In this document: positions 49,850 through 62,700 of the stretch, one piece after another
Layout of the letters: every line of letters starts with the position of its first letter
Position numbering within the stretch: position 1 is the stretch's first letter
DNA from: Takakia lepidozioides
Lineage: Eukaryota > Plantae > Bryophyta
Direction of reading: 5' to 3'
DNA: 64,000 bases
NCBI GenBank assembly: GCA_030704615.1
Contig: CM060733.1
Coordinates: forward strand, 25,978,001-26,042,000
Program-made: the position numbers and the translations under genes
The notes under the pieces: model-generated
Seen by the model: only the letters and a program-made list of their open reading frames with translations
Database searches by the model: none
Told to the model about the DNA's origin: nothing

Positions 49850-52300
49850 AAACACTGCCCCACCAACGAGGACATCGTAAGAGACCGCGTCTGTCACAAT
49901 GGCCTTGGCTCGCATCACTGAGCCATCTAGGATGATCCGGCTGCAGTCTAATGGCCAACTGATGTGTGTCATGCCCCGAGCCTGCTCTGATCCTCCCAGA
50001 GATGTCTGTATCTGGAAAGGACAAGGCTCCATATCCGCCTCCATGAGGCCCAAACCTGCAATAGCAGCTCTGCCCAACATCAGTGGCTGAGCTCCCGAGT
50101 CCAACAAGACCCGCAGTGGCCGGTACTTCTTGCCTGCCGGTCCACTCAAAGTGAAAATGCCTCCCTGGTTGTCTAACAAGACAACTCCAGGTGTCACCAT
50201 GGCGCGCTCAAAGGCTGGCCTAGCTGGCAGCTCCGTCAACCTGGCAGCTGCAGCTTGCCAGGGCGCAGCCGTGGCAGTCTTGACCCTCAAATCCGAGGAT
50301 CCCTCTGCCACTACACCTTCCACTAACTCCGCAGAAGATGAAGTGACCTCCCCACTCTCACAGAGTGTTGCTGCTAGTCTGAACACTGCAGCTGGTCTCA
50401 CCCCCGGCGTCGCAATCATGTTGCCGAGAACAGTGGGCTTGACACACAGAGGTGGCTGCCCCCAATAACACACCGGCTGCACTAGCCTTGGTAGCAGGTG
50501 TCAGTGCTGCACGTGTAGCTCTCCCCAATGGCATAGTACCTCCGCCTCGGTAACAGTCGGGCGAGAACTAGGTGCCATGGATGGCGTTGACACTGTCTCC
50601 GCCAATGTGAATGACTGAGGAAGCCTTGCCTGACGGCTTGCCTCCCCACGCTGTGGATCCAATTCCACCTCTGCACCTCGTGGCTCAGGAACTCGTGCTG
50701 CTCCTCGAGTCACGGCTGCAGCAGACTCCACCTGCTCTAGTGGTAGTGCTGCTCCCGCACATGAATCCCATGCCTCCCATATCTCCTCCCTCAGGAGCAG
50801 GAGGTGGACCATCCCGCCTGGGAGCCGGTACCGCCGAGCTGTAGCCATGGCAGCGAGCCTCTGCTCTAGCTGCTGAAGCCGATTGGCCATGCCTTGGTCA
50901 ACACCCTGACCTCCGCGTCCTTGGCCATGTTGGAGCTTGCCCTTGGCCTGCACCTCGTGCCCGACCACCTCGTCCTCTTTGGGCTGGTCCACCTCGCCCC
51001 CGGCCACCATTGTTCCCTTGGAACTGGCCTGGGCGCAACTCAGGATGCAAGTCATAACACTGGGCATCTCCATGCCCATACTTGCCACAATGCCCACACT
51101 GCAACTGTGGCAGGCTGTGCTTGTGCCGGCCTTCTGCCACTCTCTGGGCATCTCTCTTGACATGGGGTCCTCCACATGTCCAACATATCACCCCTGGTTG
51201 CTGTTGGCCTGCAAAAGATGCCACGGGCCTCTGCACCTGAGGTCCCCTGTAAGCTCCATGGAACTTGGGCTGGGCAACCTTGCCCCCCTGACCACGCTGT
51301 TGGGCAGTCCCTTGTGCCTGTGGGCTGACAGCTGTGCCCCGTGCAGGCATGTCCTTGCCAAATCCAAATGTAACAACTCGCTCCTCCACCATGTTGAGCT
51401 CAATCCGCTCAGCCAGCAGAAACACATCTGCTAATGTGGGTTGGGCTGCTTGTAACACAGGGTTGCATCTCGCACCCTTCTCTTGAGCTCCTTGTCCAGA
51501 ATTCCATACCAAACTGGATTGCCTGAGCTTCAGTAACCCCTTGGGTCACACTTATCAAGCGCCTCATACGAGTGTACGCTCTCGCAGGCTCTCACTGGGT
51601 TGCGCTGGAAGTCTTGCAAACTTCGCAGCTTCTCTGTCCGTACACCTTGGTAGTTCCTCCGCAACTCCTGGAAGAACTCCACCACCGGGTTGAATCTAGG
51701 CACATGTGTTGTAGTCGTGCAGGAGGAGTAGTAGCACCTTTTGAACTGGTACCACCTGCAGAAGTACCAGCACTACTTGCTCCAACTAGTGCTGGCCAGT
51801 GGGAGCTATTGGTACTGATGAAGTAATGGTCACGTGCGGGCTGGCTGTTGCCTGTGAGTAATGTGAGTCGTTAGTCTGTTTAGGGGGTGACCAATAAATC
51901 CTCCACTCCTCAATCTCTGCTTCATGTCCTCGCCTGAACTCGTGGTAATCGTCCATAGGCGGGCCTTCCAAATGCTGGAACAGTCCCTTCCATGCCATGA
52001 ATGGGGTGAATAACTGTGGATTGCGCATCTGCTGCAAATCACACCAGCTGTCGAAACTCCTGGATAAAGTCTCCAACTCAATTGTGCCCCAGCTCCAGAG
52101 TACCTACGAGGCCCCTGGTAGCTCCATACATCGACTCCATGTCGTCCCACAACAATGGCGTTGAAAGTGCACACCTGTTGATGAAGGCCTCCGAGTCTGT
52201 GTCTGACTCTACAGTAATTGAGGGTGGCGGTTGAAGGTGGTTGAACCGAATACCTCGTCTTGTGAACCCACTCTCACTGTTACTGCCTGTAGCCGTACCC
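49850..52300 (-). pseudogene. Gag (zinc knuckles) and aspartic protease (frameshifted; start approximate)
   Basis: CWTCGGPH and CGHCGKYGHGDAQC knuckles, RGRGG-rich linker, protease VLLDSGAQP...YDVLVG. Confidence 0.85.
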
Positions 52301-53106
52301 CCTCAAAACCCTTGGGTAACTCTTAATGACACTCACAATGTGCACCTCCTCCACGTGACACTATAAGGTCTAGTACTAATCTAATAGTGACACGGGTGGG
52401 CACCTGTTGCAGTCTAAGGGTCATATCCCAATGGCTCAGGGCACCTGCACCTGCATCCACCGCAAGAACTCCTATGGTTGGCTGGTCATCAACCCAGCCT
52501 CACCATAGAAGAAACACTGGTGGTCTTGCGGTGGTCATCATTCCAGCCTCACCACCGACAACATACTCTAGGATTGACCGGTGATCAAATCCGGCCTAAT
52601 CCCTATGAAAGCAAGCGCCCACACAAACCAGCATGGCGCACAGTCAAGCATGCAGGTGTTGGGGGGGATCCAAACACAAGAAATCAAAACATCAATACCC
52701 CCACACCAAAATCCAGCTGCAATGCTGATCCTGCAGAATATCTTAGCCCAAAACCCCGAACTGACTGGCCTCCACCAAGATAGGCTTTGGCAACTACGAG
52801 TACAAGGTAACGAAAATAGTACAGAGATGGAGGGGAAGAATAGAAGCCCGCCCAAGCAAGATCTAATCCTGATCTATGCTATCAACTTCCAGACTTCTTT
52901 CAAAGTGCCTCGCTCTGCTTGATGGTAAGGTGTAGGAGGTATATCTATGTCCAGAAGAAACTGCCACTAACCTTGTCCCAAGCTACAGTAGCTCGCTCTA
53001 ACCAACCCTCCTCCTCTTCTACCAGATAGAGACAAAGCAATACTCCCCTATCTCCCGCTCACTGAACTCTAAAGAAAACAAAGGTAGGGTCTGATAGTCT
53101 CTCAAC

Positions 53107-53622
53107 TCAAAAGCTTGAGATGGTTGCGGGTGTCCTCATTGCGAATGATTGCATCTCCTTCAAACAGAACAAACTTGTCCTCGGTAATGAACCCCCGCTC
53201 GTGGTTGCCTTGTGCAAAGCGTGTCCGGCTGCAACGCTGTCTGATTGCACAAACTTGTGTAGCTCCTGCTCCTCTACTCTAGTACACCACGCCTTGTGGC
53301 TGAACACCTTGGTCCCGGGGGCTGTATTTGGCTGTGTTCCAAGCCTAGCTTTCACCCACTTTGGTATTTCACCTACAGCTGCAGAACTGCTGGCTCCAAC
53401 AGAGTTCTGACTGTCCAAGGCGATATTGAGGCCCTCAATGCCAACTACAGCAGTCTGTTGTCTACTGCTAATGCCTGACTCCCAGTATGCAATCAACTCG
53501 TCCAACTGTTCTCCACTCAAATCAGTCTGAGTTCCTTGGGAAACATAAATCTTGTCCCCTTGTGTGCACAGGGTAAGAGAAAAGACCTGCCCTTCAATTA
53601 CGTCCTCATTTCCCCCAGCCAT
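53107..53622 (-). CDS. Uncharacterised 171-aa ORF in the 5' region of the DNMT retrotransposon
   Basis: Uninterrupted ATG-initiated ORF in the element's sense orientation; no recognised motif. Confidence 0.35.
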   Translation of the reverse strand: MAGGNEDVIEGQVFSLTLCTQGDKIYVSQGTQTDLSGEQLDELIAYWESGISSRQQTAVVGIEGLNIALDSQNSVGASSSAAVGEIPKWVKARLGTQPNTAPGTKVFSHKAWCTRVEEQELHKFVQSDSVAAGHALHKATTSGGSLPRTSLFCLKEMQSFAMRTPATISSF

Positions 53623-54019
53623 ACAAGGAGTACATCCACAGTTTGTCTCTCATATAGACCAGCACAGGGTTCTAGAAACATGATTGTGGATCTTTCGTGG
53701 CACACTCACACTCTAAAAATTCCATAGATTTTTAGCAGAGTCCCCAAAATAGAAAGTTTAGATAGGTAGATTTCCCCTTTCTGCAGCTATCCCCCCAAAA
53801 ACTGAGTCAAACAGAGTCCATTTGACAAAGATATGACCAATTGGCTCTAAAATCATTAAATTAGATCAAAAGACCAAATAAATACAAAAAAACCTCTTTT
53901 TAAAAAAAAAAAAATACTTGTCTTGGTTCCCTGTTCCCTGGTTATCTACGGGTTCCCAAACATGTTCATGTAGTTCTCACAGTCTGGATTCACACCTCCT
54001 CTCGTTCTGTGCTCTTATG

Positions 54020-54530
54020 CTGTGGCAGTGCGTGGGATGTGAAGGTCGGTGATGCGGGTCTTGGCCTTTCTGTCAAGGAGAACGTGAGAAGGCTTCAGAT
54101 TAGTACACCCTGTGCTCCGGGCACTCAGGATGCAGGTACGCCAACGCGCGTTTGTTACACCGATGGCAACGTTGAGTCGATCCCTTCAGCTCATATCTCG
54201 CTCATACACCAAGTGTCACCTGGTGAGTTCACTGTCTCCCACTCTCATGCTTTCCTGCAACAAACACGACCTTGAGGTTCAATCCTCCAAAACTTGAGGA
54301 TCGCCAGCCTGGGAGGTTGACACTGTCAGAAAGCGCCCCTCCCTTCCAGCAAATGGCCTAAGATCTGGTGACCTCGTCAATAATCCCCTGGACTGCTCTT
54401 GCTTGGTCTTTCTCACAGCTGCCTGCACCTGTCACTGTGTTTTTTGCCTGACATTTGACTACCCTCCCAAGAATGTAGAAGTCCTAAGATTCTCCGTCTG
54501 CCGCTGAAGCACTGCGGCAGTCAGGCTTTG
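54020..54530 (-). pseudogene. Degenerate RLK/Pelle kinase fragment inside the element
   Basis: Pieces read across frameshifts: LQRQTENL..FLG, AVRK, DEV, LVYE, S*RDRLNVAIGV, ALAYLHPEC, NLKPSHVLLD..RITD (kinase subdomains I-VII). Confidence 0.65.
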
Positions 54531-55843
54531 CCCTGGTGTCACCTTCACCTCCCCACCTTTCTTCATGGCTTCAATCACCTCTTTAAACTGCTCGTAGTTA
54601 TGGACAGTCCCAACAGGCTGAATGTGGTTAGTAATGGGGGTGTTTTCGGGGGTAGTGTGATGCTCAGGTCTCGCTTTGGGGAGCCTTGACTACTGATCGG
54701 GTTGCTGGTGCGGTCGTGACGGAATTCGCCTGGGAGGTGGACGTGGGCTGACCGTTGCATGTGGCTGTCGAAGAAAAGGAATTGGTCCGTGAGAAGCCTT
54801 CGAAGAAGCCGGTCTTACTTGCTGCACCAATACAAGTATTGCCCATTTAATGTCATTTCTCTTCCATCTCTCCCCACCTTAGCTCCCGGAAGAATTGTCC
54901 CCCAGTCTGTATGTCTTCTCTCCTTCTGTGCGTTAGCTACACGGTTTTTTTTTTTACGTACGGGGAAAGCAACCAACTGCACACTGCAGACTCTTTAAGA
55001 GAGAACAGACTAACAGGCGAAAAACTCAAGCCCGTGACGTTCTTCCTAGAGAAGCGACCCTGCCACCCATTCGCCAACACCAGGTCTTCTGCAAAGTAGC
55101 ATAAGGACGGACACTAGATGCCACAACAACTGTACTCAGCACTGGGCATGAGTTCCGCCTTCAACAACACGGAGACTCTTATTTCTCCAGCGTACTCCGA
55201 TACCATCGCTCCGACATCCACAGCCACTGCCTTTGCGCAGTCAAACACGGAAATTTCCCTCTACAAAACCCGCTCATCAGTGCATCTTCTCACGCTTCCC
55301 CGTCGTACACACGCCCCGGTCACACAAGAGAGGCTTCGCATGAGCTTCCTCCCGTCCGCCATCTCACTTGCGTGGTATGAACAAGACAACTGGCGCTGGC
55401 TAGTCTACAGTCTATTTCCTAAGTAGACACTGCTCATCCACACATGCCTGCTCGGGCACACCCTGCAAGACTTCAGAGCGAATCCCCTTGCGCAACAGTT
55501 CGGGATTTGACTAACACGTCGGTGCAGCAACAGCCGCCTGGCACCTTCAGTTATCAGAGGATTGCGTCGTCTCCATGCGCGCAGGCTGAAGTGTGAAGAA
55601 GCTTGAAAGTGGCAGGCAGCCATGGCCGAGCTGCTGCCGTGCTTCAACCACTCTACCTATACCCCCCGAGTCCCACCATTGCGACTGAGGATGTGAGACG
55701 AACTCCAGCTAGCGCCGTTCTATGCTCATTGCTTGAGCTGTGTACAAGACCATGACCATCTATATTATAATAGTGCTTAAAAAAACAAAAACATCATATC
55801 TAGCTTAGCACTGGAAAACTAGATAGAGCTCATCTCTCTCGAG

Positions 55844-56194
55844 TGATAAGAAAACCAAAGAACACACTGTTGACACAAAACATGAAAACCAAAACCATCA
55901 CTCTTTGAAATAGTAGTCGAGCCAGGGGCACCCCAAGCTATGGGGACTCCACCCCACAACAACCTACACTCCCATCATGAGTACACTAAGATCTAAACGC
56001 ATGCAGGAGCTCGGTCGCGCAGGCTCAACTCGAGAGAGATGAGCTGCGCGACTGCCGCTCTCGTGAAGATAAGACGGACCAAGTGTCAAACTAAACTTGA
56101 CACCTGATTTAACATTTGACCTAAATCCAAGTGTTAAATACAAATAACTAGTTTTATTCTAGCTGTTTTCTCACTGTGCTTATTTAACTTGACA
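55844..56194 (-). repeat. 5' repeat A1 (351 bp)
   Basis: Near-identical (roughly 7-8 differences) to 44347-44693; repeat B is absent here. Confidence 0.95.
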
Positions 56195-56268
56195 GCCCCT
56201 TCCTGCATCATTTGCTCTGCAAAGCCTCCACCCCACGCCTCTGCATATCCTTTGATCATCGCGTTCCA
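56195..56268 (-). pseudogene. Degenerate PPR-motif fragment, the insertion target of the DNMT element (continues at 44258 and below)
   Basis: WNAMIKGYA...EQMMQEG|AKRN reads through when the element and one GCCC copy are removed (compare WNAMIxGYA...QMQQEGVKPN). Confidence 0.5.
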
Positions 56269-56725
56269 TCTCTCATCTCTCGGCTCGATACTACTAAGAA
56301 AACGCTCAGGGAAAAAAAAAAAAAAACAAAAAAGAGGCCAAGTCCCAGCCCTCTAATTGGCAACCCTATAAGCAACTTTTTAATTTCTTAAACCTTTTGG
56401 TTACCAAGCTTGCACTAGAAGTCATTCCGGCGACTATTTGGTGGCAAGCTCGCGTTGGTCAACCACCCTTCCGTCTAGTGCGGAGCCATACAGTCATGAC
56501 GACGTCTACCAAAGTAGTCGCCCAGAGGACGACGTAGTCATTTCAACGACTACGTGAAGCCCCATTTGGTCCAAAAATACAGGGAAGTTTTGAAACTTTA
56601 GACCAAAATAAGCTTTTATCAAGCAATTCCAAAACAAAATTAGAGTGTGGTATGTGGAATTCTAACTTCCAAGCGTATTTGACTGTAGTGTGATATGTTT
56701 TAATAATTGTAATGTTCCCCATACG

Positions 56726-59700
56726 TCAAGTAAATCTATTCATATCACAATTTTCTTGTCGCCACCCAATCCGCTGAAGGTCGTTATCGAATACTATCAA
56801 GTGATCCTTCATCGCTAGAGCTATAACATCCCCAACATTTATACCTTTTAGTCCAACAATGTACCTCAATTTGAATTAATCAACCATGAACATCACATCT
56901 TTAATACCAAATGTCATATATTGTACATGTATATAGAAAACAATAATCAGATTGTACGTTTAATTTGGTAATTTTTAGTTTGATTTAATTAAACATCAAT
57001 TTCTATAACATATGTCCATGCAAGTCTATAATATTGATATTATATATGCGTACCACCAATGAGGCCAAAGCTTGTAAGATGGGGATGAGTCTGAATGTCT
57101 AAGCATAAATTTGCTTTATTTTCCCCTTCAAAAAACTACATTCACATTGTTGTATATTAATTTGTGAAGTGGTATGAAAGAAATGACAAACTATTTTGGT
57201 TTATCATCATACATATAACACCTAACTAGTAACTCGACAATCATTTGTTTTCAGCAGTATGAGTTTAATAATTGTTCATATCTATACCATAATAATAAAA
57301 AATTAAATATTTAATCATAATTTGCATCTTTAGTTAATAATTTTATACTTGATGCAGCTCATGCTATCTATATTTTAATATTTATTTCTTACGGTTTGAC
57401 ATAAAAATTTACGTACAGAACATTATATTCATTATAGAAGGAAAAATTAGAACTTACTTCCCAGCTCATATAGTTTTCAGGAAGAATCTCATACGTTGAA
57501 AATCTGTAATTCTGGTCATCTTCTTGTTGTGAACTTTCTTCAAACTCAAAAATCAAAGACTGAAATCTTTTTCTCAAATCAAAATTGGATGGATTACTAT
57601 TCATTCCCAAATCAAGTGAAATATAGTTAGTATTGGATACGTATTCTTAACCACTACCACCAGAACAAAAAAAAGAGTCGGCTATCATATTATGTACCTA
57701 AAAAGAGAAATCAAAATCAAATAAACATGACACATCAAGTAGATAGTCTCACATCGTAATAAAATTATCTTGAAAGTCATCGGGACTTTGGGCCCACTTT
57801 GGACCTCTACTTGGTGTTTCATCCCAGTTGGAGTGAAAACTGAAAGTAAGCAAAACTAGGAACCAGTAAGCTAAAACTCGTGCCACTAGATCTGATTCTC
57901 TGATAGCATAAGAAGCAGGGAGGGTAGCTTGGCAAAAGTAGAATCAGGGTGAAACTGCCTTGAAAGTTAACCCCCAGTTTTGGTGAAAAAATGAGTTTCA
58001 TATCCCAGTTGTTTTTTCCCTTTGTAATGATTTAGTCTTCCCCAATTTTGCAACTCGTCTCCAATTTTTGGGGGTACCCATTCCCAGTTTGTGGACTTTA
58101 CCGATAATTTTAATGTAAGAGAAAGTGTTATTTTTAACAGAGTGTGATTTATCTTAACACAGAATTTGCAATTCTGATGTTCAACAAATATGTTGTTATT
58201 ATATACACCAGTTGGTAGTAACGTTGGATTGTTCAATAAGTATCGTCCAAATGTCAAAACATATTACTAGTTGCATGTGCTATTATCTTCTCTACCTTAT
58301 CTTGGGCAGTATCCTATGAGCCATCTGCGCTTCATGGCGAGATTGCTTGAAAAATGTCATTTTCCCCTCTTAATATAATCAAGAGGCTTGATTATTTTCT
58401 TTTGAAAATGAGAAGAAAAAAGATTATGACCAAAATAAATGTATCGACTGTGCTTAAATAATATCAAACCAATATTAACAATTAATTTTATATTTATTTG
58501 TGATAATATGATATCAATATATGAATCGAGACATTTGTTTTGTTTGTTTGTTTTGTAGATTTGAGATGTCCCCAACCGTGAGGCCCCAGCCCTGGTGCTT
58601 AGTACCGTTGGAAAGCCCTCGATGAGGAGGGGTGCACGGGCTTGGTCTCATGATTTTTGGACCTGCGGTGTGGGAGATGTGGAATTTCAAGTACTTGGGG
58701 TCGTTGGAAATTCGAGAAAATTTAGCAAAGTGGGCTCTCCTGGGACAATGGTTGGAGCCTCGACGGGAGATATCATTAATGATTTGATGTATTACTACTC
58801 AAAAAAATAGCAAATTGGGCTTTTTTGGGACAATGATTGGATTACTCAATAAATTCATGGAAAACAATAAATCGAAGAGGAGATATGGAATTTCAAGTAG
58901 TTTTGGTTGCTGGAAATTCACAAAAAATAGCAAAGTGGGCTTTCCTGGGACAATGATTGGAGCCTCGACAGGAGAGATATCAAGGAAAAGGTCTCCAGTT
59001 CAAATCAGGTCGTAGGTTCTGTTAAAAATGATTAGACTTAGATGACTTAGATGACATTGGACACTTGGGCCAACGGCACAGGCTACCCTAGTAATATAGT
59101 ATAAAATATTTGTGGTTGAGGTCGAAGCCATATGTATGTGTTGAGTGTCACCCATTATAACCAACCCAACACGGGCACACACGTATATATATCATTGCAT
59201 AAACCGGTCACCTAATGTGTATTATAACTTGGGGGATTTTGAGTCATTGGGCCTGAAGGTTTGGGTACTCTTATTGCCTTGTCACAACCAATGTTGGTCG
59301 GTTATCATTTTTTTCAAAGCTCACGAGGTTCAGGTTATACAAGTTGACTCACGCAGTAATAACCTTTGGTTCTAGGTGAAATATGCACATTGAATGAAGG
59401 TTATTTGCAGGTTATGGTTATGAAAATTTGAACAATATGTGTGGTCAGGTTATTTGCCGATTCATAAGCAAATCATAACCTGGGGTGATATTTCAAGTCG
59501 GGTCTTTGTTGTAACCGAAATATAACCTACCTACCATCAGATATAATTGAAGTACTCTAGGCAGGCTGCAGAACCTATCGCTCAGGTTCAATGTGCCGTT
59601 TCAACTTCAATGTACATAATGAAAATAGGACACCAAAAGAAAACTACAATTTGCCGCGAAACCCTAGCTACTATAATCGCTTCCGTCCACTTACAAGATA

Positions 59701-62700
59701 TTCGGGTCGGTTCTATGTCTTCAGATGCTATTCACTCACAGGCTCAGGGTGTTTCACCGGGTATTTGAGTTGTGCAGTATCGGCGGTGTTCAGTGTCCAC
59801 AATTCTCTTTTATGCTCATAACCTCCAACTATAGTTACCCCTTACCCGGCAAATAACCTGTAATTAACCGGGTGGGTCCCTGATAACCCACTGATCACAA
59901 CCTTTAGAGGTGTCCACCTTCCCAACGGAAAGTAGTAGCGTCTTCCGGAGTGAAATGATACCATAATTTACGGCGCTTGTTTTGGCAAGAATCAACTTTC
60001 ATGTGCAACACAATTGTGGATTGACATTTATATAGAAATATGCTCTATAGAATCCCAGACATGGGCAGTAGTTGTGAGGTGAAGTGATTCTTAGTTATGC
60101 CGGCTGTCACCGGAGTCCTCTCAGTGCTCTAGAATTATGCATGATTGTTTTAAAAGTGAAAACAAGATCCTTACATTTGGTGTAGAGTTCTATGACTCCA
60201 ACAAGGACGACCATATCTCGATTTTGGACTGTCTATTTGCACCAATCTGTTCAGGTACGCAATCTGCTTTATCTGGTACCTAATCGTAAAACACATGAGA
60301 TGAATAATCATTGATGTATAATTCATAATGAAAAGATAAATCGACTGATAAAAAATAACAGCCTATATAAATAGAACATAGTTAGATTCACTAAATAACT
60401 TACCAATGAAAAAAATATTGTATACAATCTTGGTACCATATACGTAAGCTCGCCACCGGTATCAAACATCAGTTCGTTTTTGTCATTTAGATTTTGTTTG
60501 AGATCCATTATGAGAACATTTCCATATTTGAGATTGAGAAGTTTTGCCAAATAATGAGAACCACTGCATAAAATGATTAATTGTATGTAAGAATTATCTT
60601 GTTTGTTAAGTATATTTATCACAAGTACTAAAAATTGATGTAATAATTCAAAGAATAACTTATATCGATCATCTTATCTACATACTTGCTGAAGGAAATA
60701 AAATTTAAAACAAGTTTGAAAATATTTGATCACTTTCGTTGTCTATAGTATATACCATTGTTGTGCGTGTATATGATTTACCTTGATACCTGCAGGTATA
60801 TCAGGGTAAATGGATTTGTACATACCTAGACCCAGCCCCAGATTGTACCCAGATATTACCCTACCCTTAATGGTACATGAAAGACATATACTAGTACTTA
60901 GTATATAACCGGATGATGTATAAGTTCATAGATTTACCCTACCCTTTGGGGGATGTAACTAACATGAGGATATATTGGAAGGAAGGGTATATATATATAT
61001 ATATATCCCATGCATATTCATGCGTCGAGCATGAAAAATTTGTGACTACAGTGAACCATGGCTGTGCATTGGGGCCATAATCTGCTATATAGTACCCCTT
61101 ATGAATGTGTCATTTACCCAAGGGTATTAGACAGGGTATATAGTTTTTATTTATACCCTGTATTTATACCTACCCTTCATTCAAAAACTCAAAGATATTT
61201 GAATATACCCTTGCAAGTTAAAACAAGAGGTATTTACCCTACACTGAGGGTATATCTTTATCAAAATTGGCAATTTACCCTGACCGGAGGGTATATATTT
61301 TTACAATAACGTACACCCAGACCCGGAGGCTGTGCCTTAAACTATATACCTGCACAACAATGGTATAACCTCTTAAATTTCAACTCTATTGACATCTCTT
61401 CTTGTAATAAAATCATTTAATATCTTCTAGTTTCAAATTTAATTTTTGTCCAACATTTACAAACCTATAAAACATCTTGGTCCATGTCATAGTTCTTGTT
61501 GAAATAATTTCATGTTCTCCAAAAAAAAGATAGCCGGAATTAGGGTTTCTCCTATCATTGTTCAAGTTTATACCTAGACATAGTCCAACAATATTACGTG
61601 CGATAAGACCTTTCAATAGCAATTGTGATTGAAATGCCGGTGGGTGCATGCTTAGGCCTAATATTCCATCAGAGTTTACTTCTCCTCTTTCAGTGACTAT
61701 CATTTCATATCTTTCTTGTCCTGTTTGGTTGTAACCACATCTACCAAGCCATCATCACAATAAAACAATATTACTACAAATAGTTGTAAGTATCATAACC
61801 CTTTATTGCAATTGACATTTAGTAGATGGCCTAGTGGTTAGCAACAAACCCCCCACCCAACCCCCCCCCCCCCCCACATGCCCAAAAAGAAGGTACATGG
61901 GGGGGGGTGGGGAGGTGAAGGGGCTCTCTTCTATCTCTCTAGCTAAGTGGTAAAGGCAGAAGACCCCTTATAAGCAATCAGGGGTTGAAAGCCATATAGG
62001 TCTATGTTGGATGTCAATGGTGACCGTGGTTGTGAGGTCTACTTGTCACCTACATAAACGAATTTCCAAGTCCCCCATGGAGAAGGTTTGACCCGCGTTG
62101 TTACAAACAAGTCCACCTTTCGAACAGCAATTTATGGTGTAGTGATATCATGCTTTATGGTTGCTTCATCAGGATTAAGAGGTTTATTTATTTATTTATT
62201 ATTTATTATAAATAATTTTTTAAAAACAAAATGAACAGGGGACAGTGGCCTTGGATGAATGGTTTTCTTAAGAAAAAATCCAGCCTAAGTTAACACATGT
62301 TATTTTCAGATCATTTACCATCTAAAGATTTAGTCAAATTCTAAATAATATATAAATTTAAAAGATGACAAAAATACTAACCCAAATGCTAGTTGTGGGC
62401 GGCGAAGAATCTGTCCATTGCTAGATTTCATTGGAATATAGTCCAACATTATAATACCTTCTGAGGTCGTTGAATCAGCATATTCAATATAATACGGACA
62501 TTCAAACATATTATTATTTCTAGAACATTTATGCTTTCTACTTGTTTGAAATGCTTTACATATATGTTTTCGACAATTCAATCTCTTATCAAAGTTTGCT
62601 ATATACAAATCATTTGGTCCCTATAAAACAATGACAATGCAAACAATGAATACATAAATATTAGATAGTATACATGTTTTTGCTTTCTATATTATATTAC

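Larger units (their letters stand above)
44263..56194 (-). mobile_element. Ty3/Gypsy-type retrotransposon encoding a C5 DNA methyltransferase and a PHD finger, with split direct repeats (A-ORFs-B-A-B)
   Basis: Termini TGTC...GACA; 4-bp TSD GCCC (44259-44262, 56195-56198). Repeats A at 55844-56194 and 44347-44693; repeats B at 44696-44778 and 44263-44346. Gag-PR-DNMT-RT-RH-IN-PHD motifs appear in order. Confidence 0.93.

Noticed and set aside
44347-56194. Reading the two A repeats as conventional paired LTRs
   Set aside because: Their flanks (CACAA / GCCCC) give no TSD and the PPT is not adjacent to A2; the TSD appears only when B2 is included.
44263-56194. DIRS/Ngaro tyrosine-recombinase element
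   Set aside because: No tyrosine-recombinase motif recognised; a Gypsy protease, a DDE integrase, TG...CA ends and a TSD are present, and the MTase is C5 rather than the adenine type of DIRS.
59285-59905. hAT-like MITE with GGTTAT/ATAACC subrepeats
   Set aside because: Motif enrichment is visible, but TIRs and TSD could not be defined.
61820-62100. tRNA gene or tRNA-derived SINE (A-box-like TGGCCTAGTGG)
   Set aside because: No cloverleaf, no correctly spaced B box and no TSD identified.
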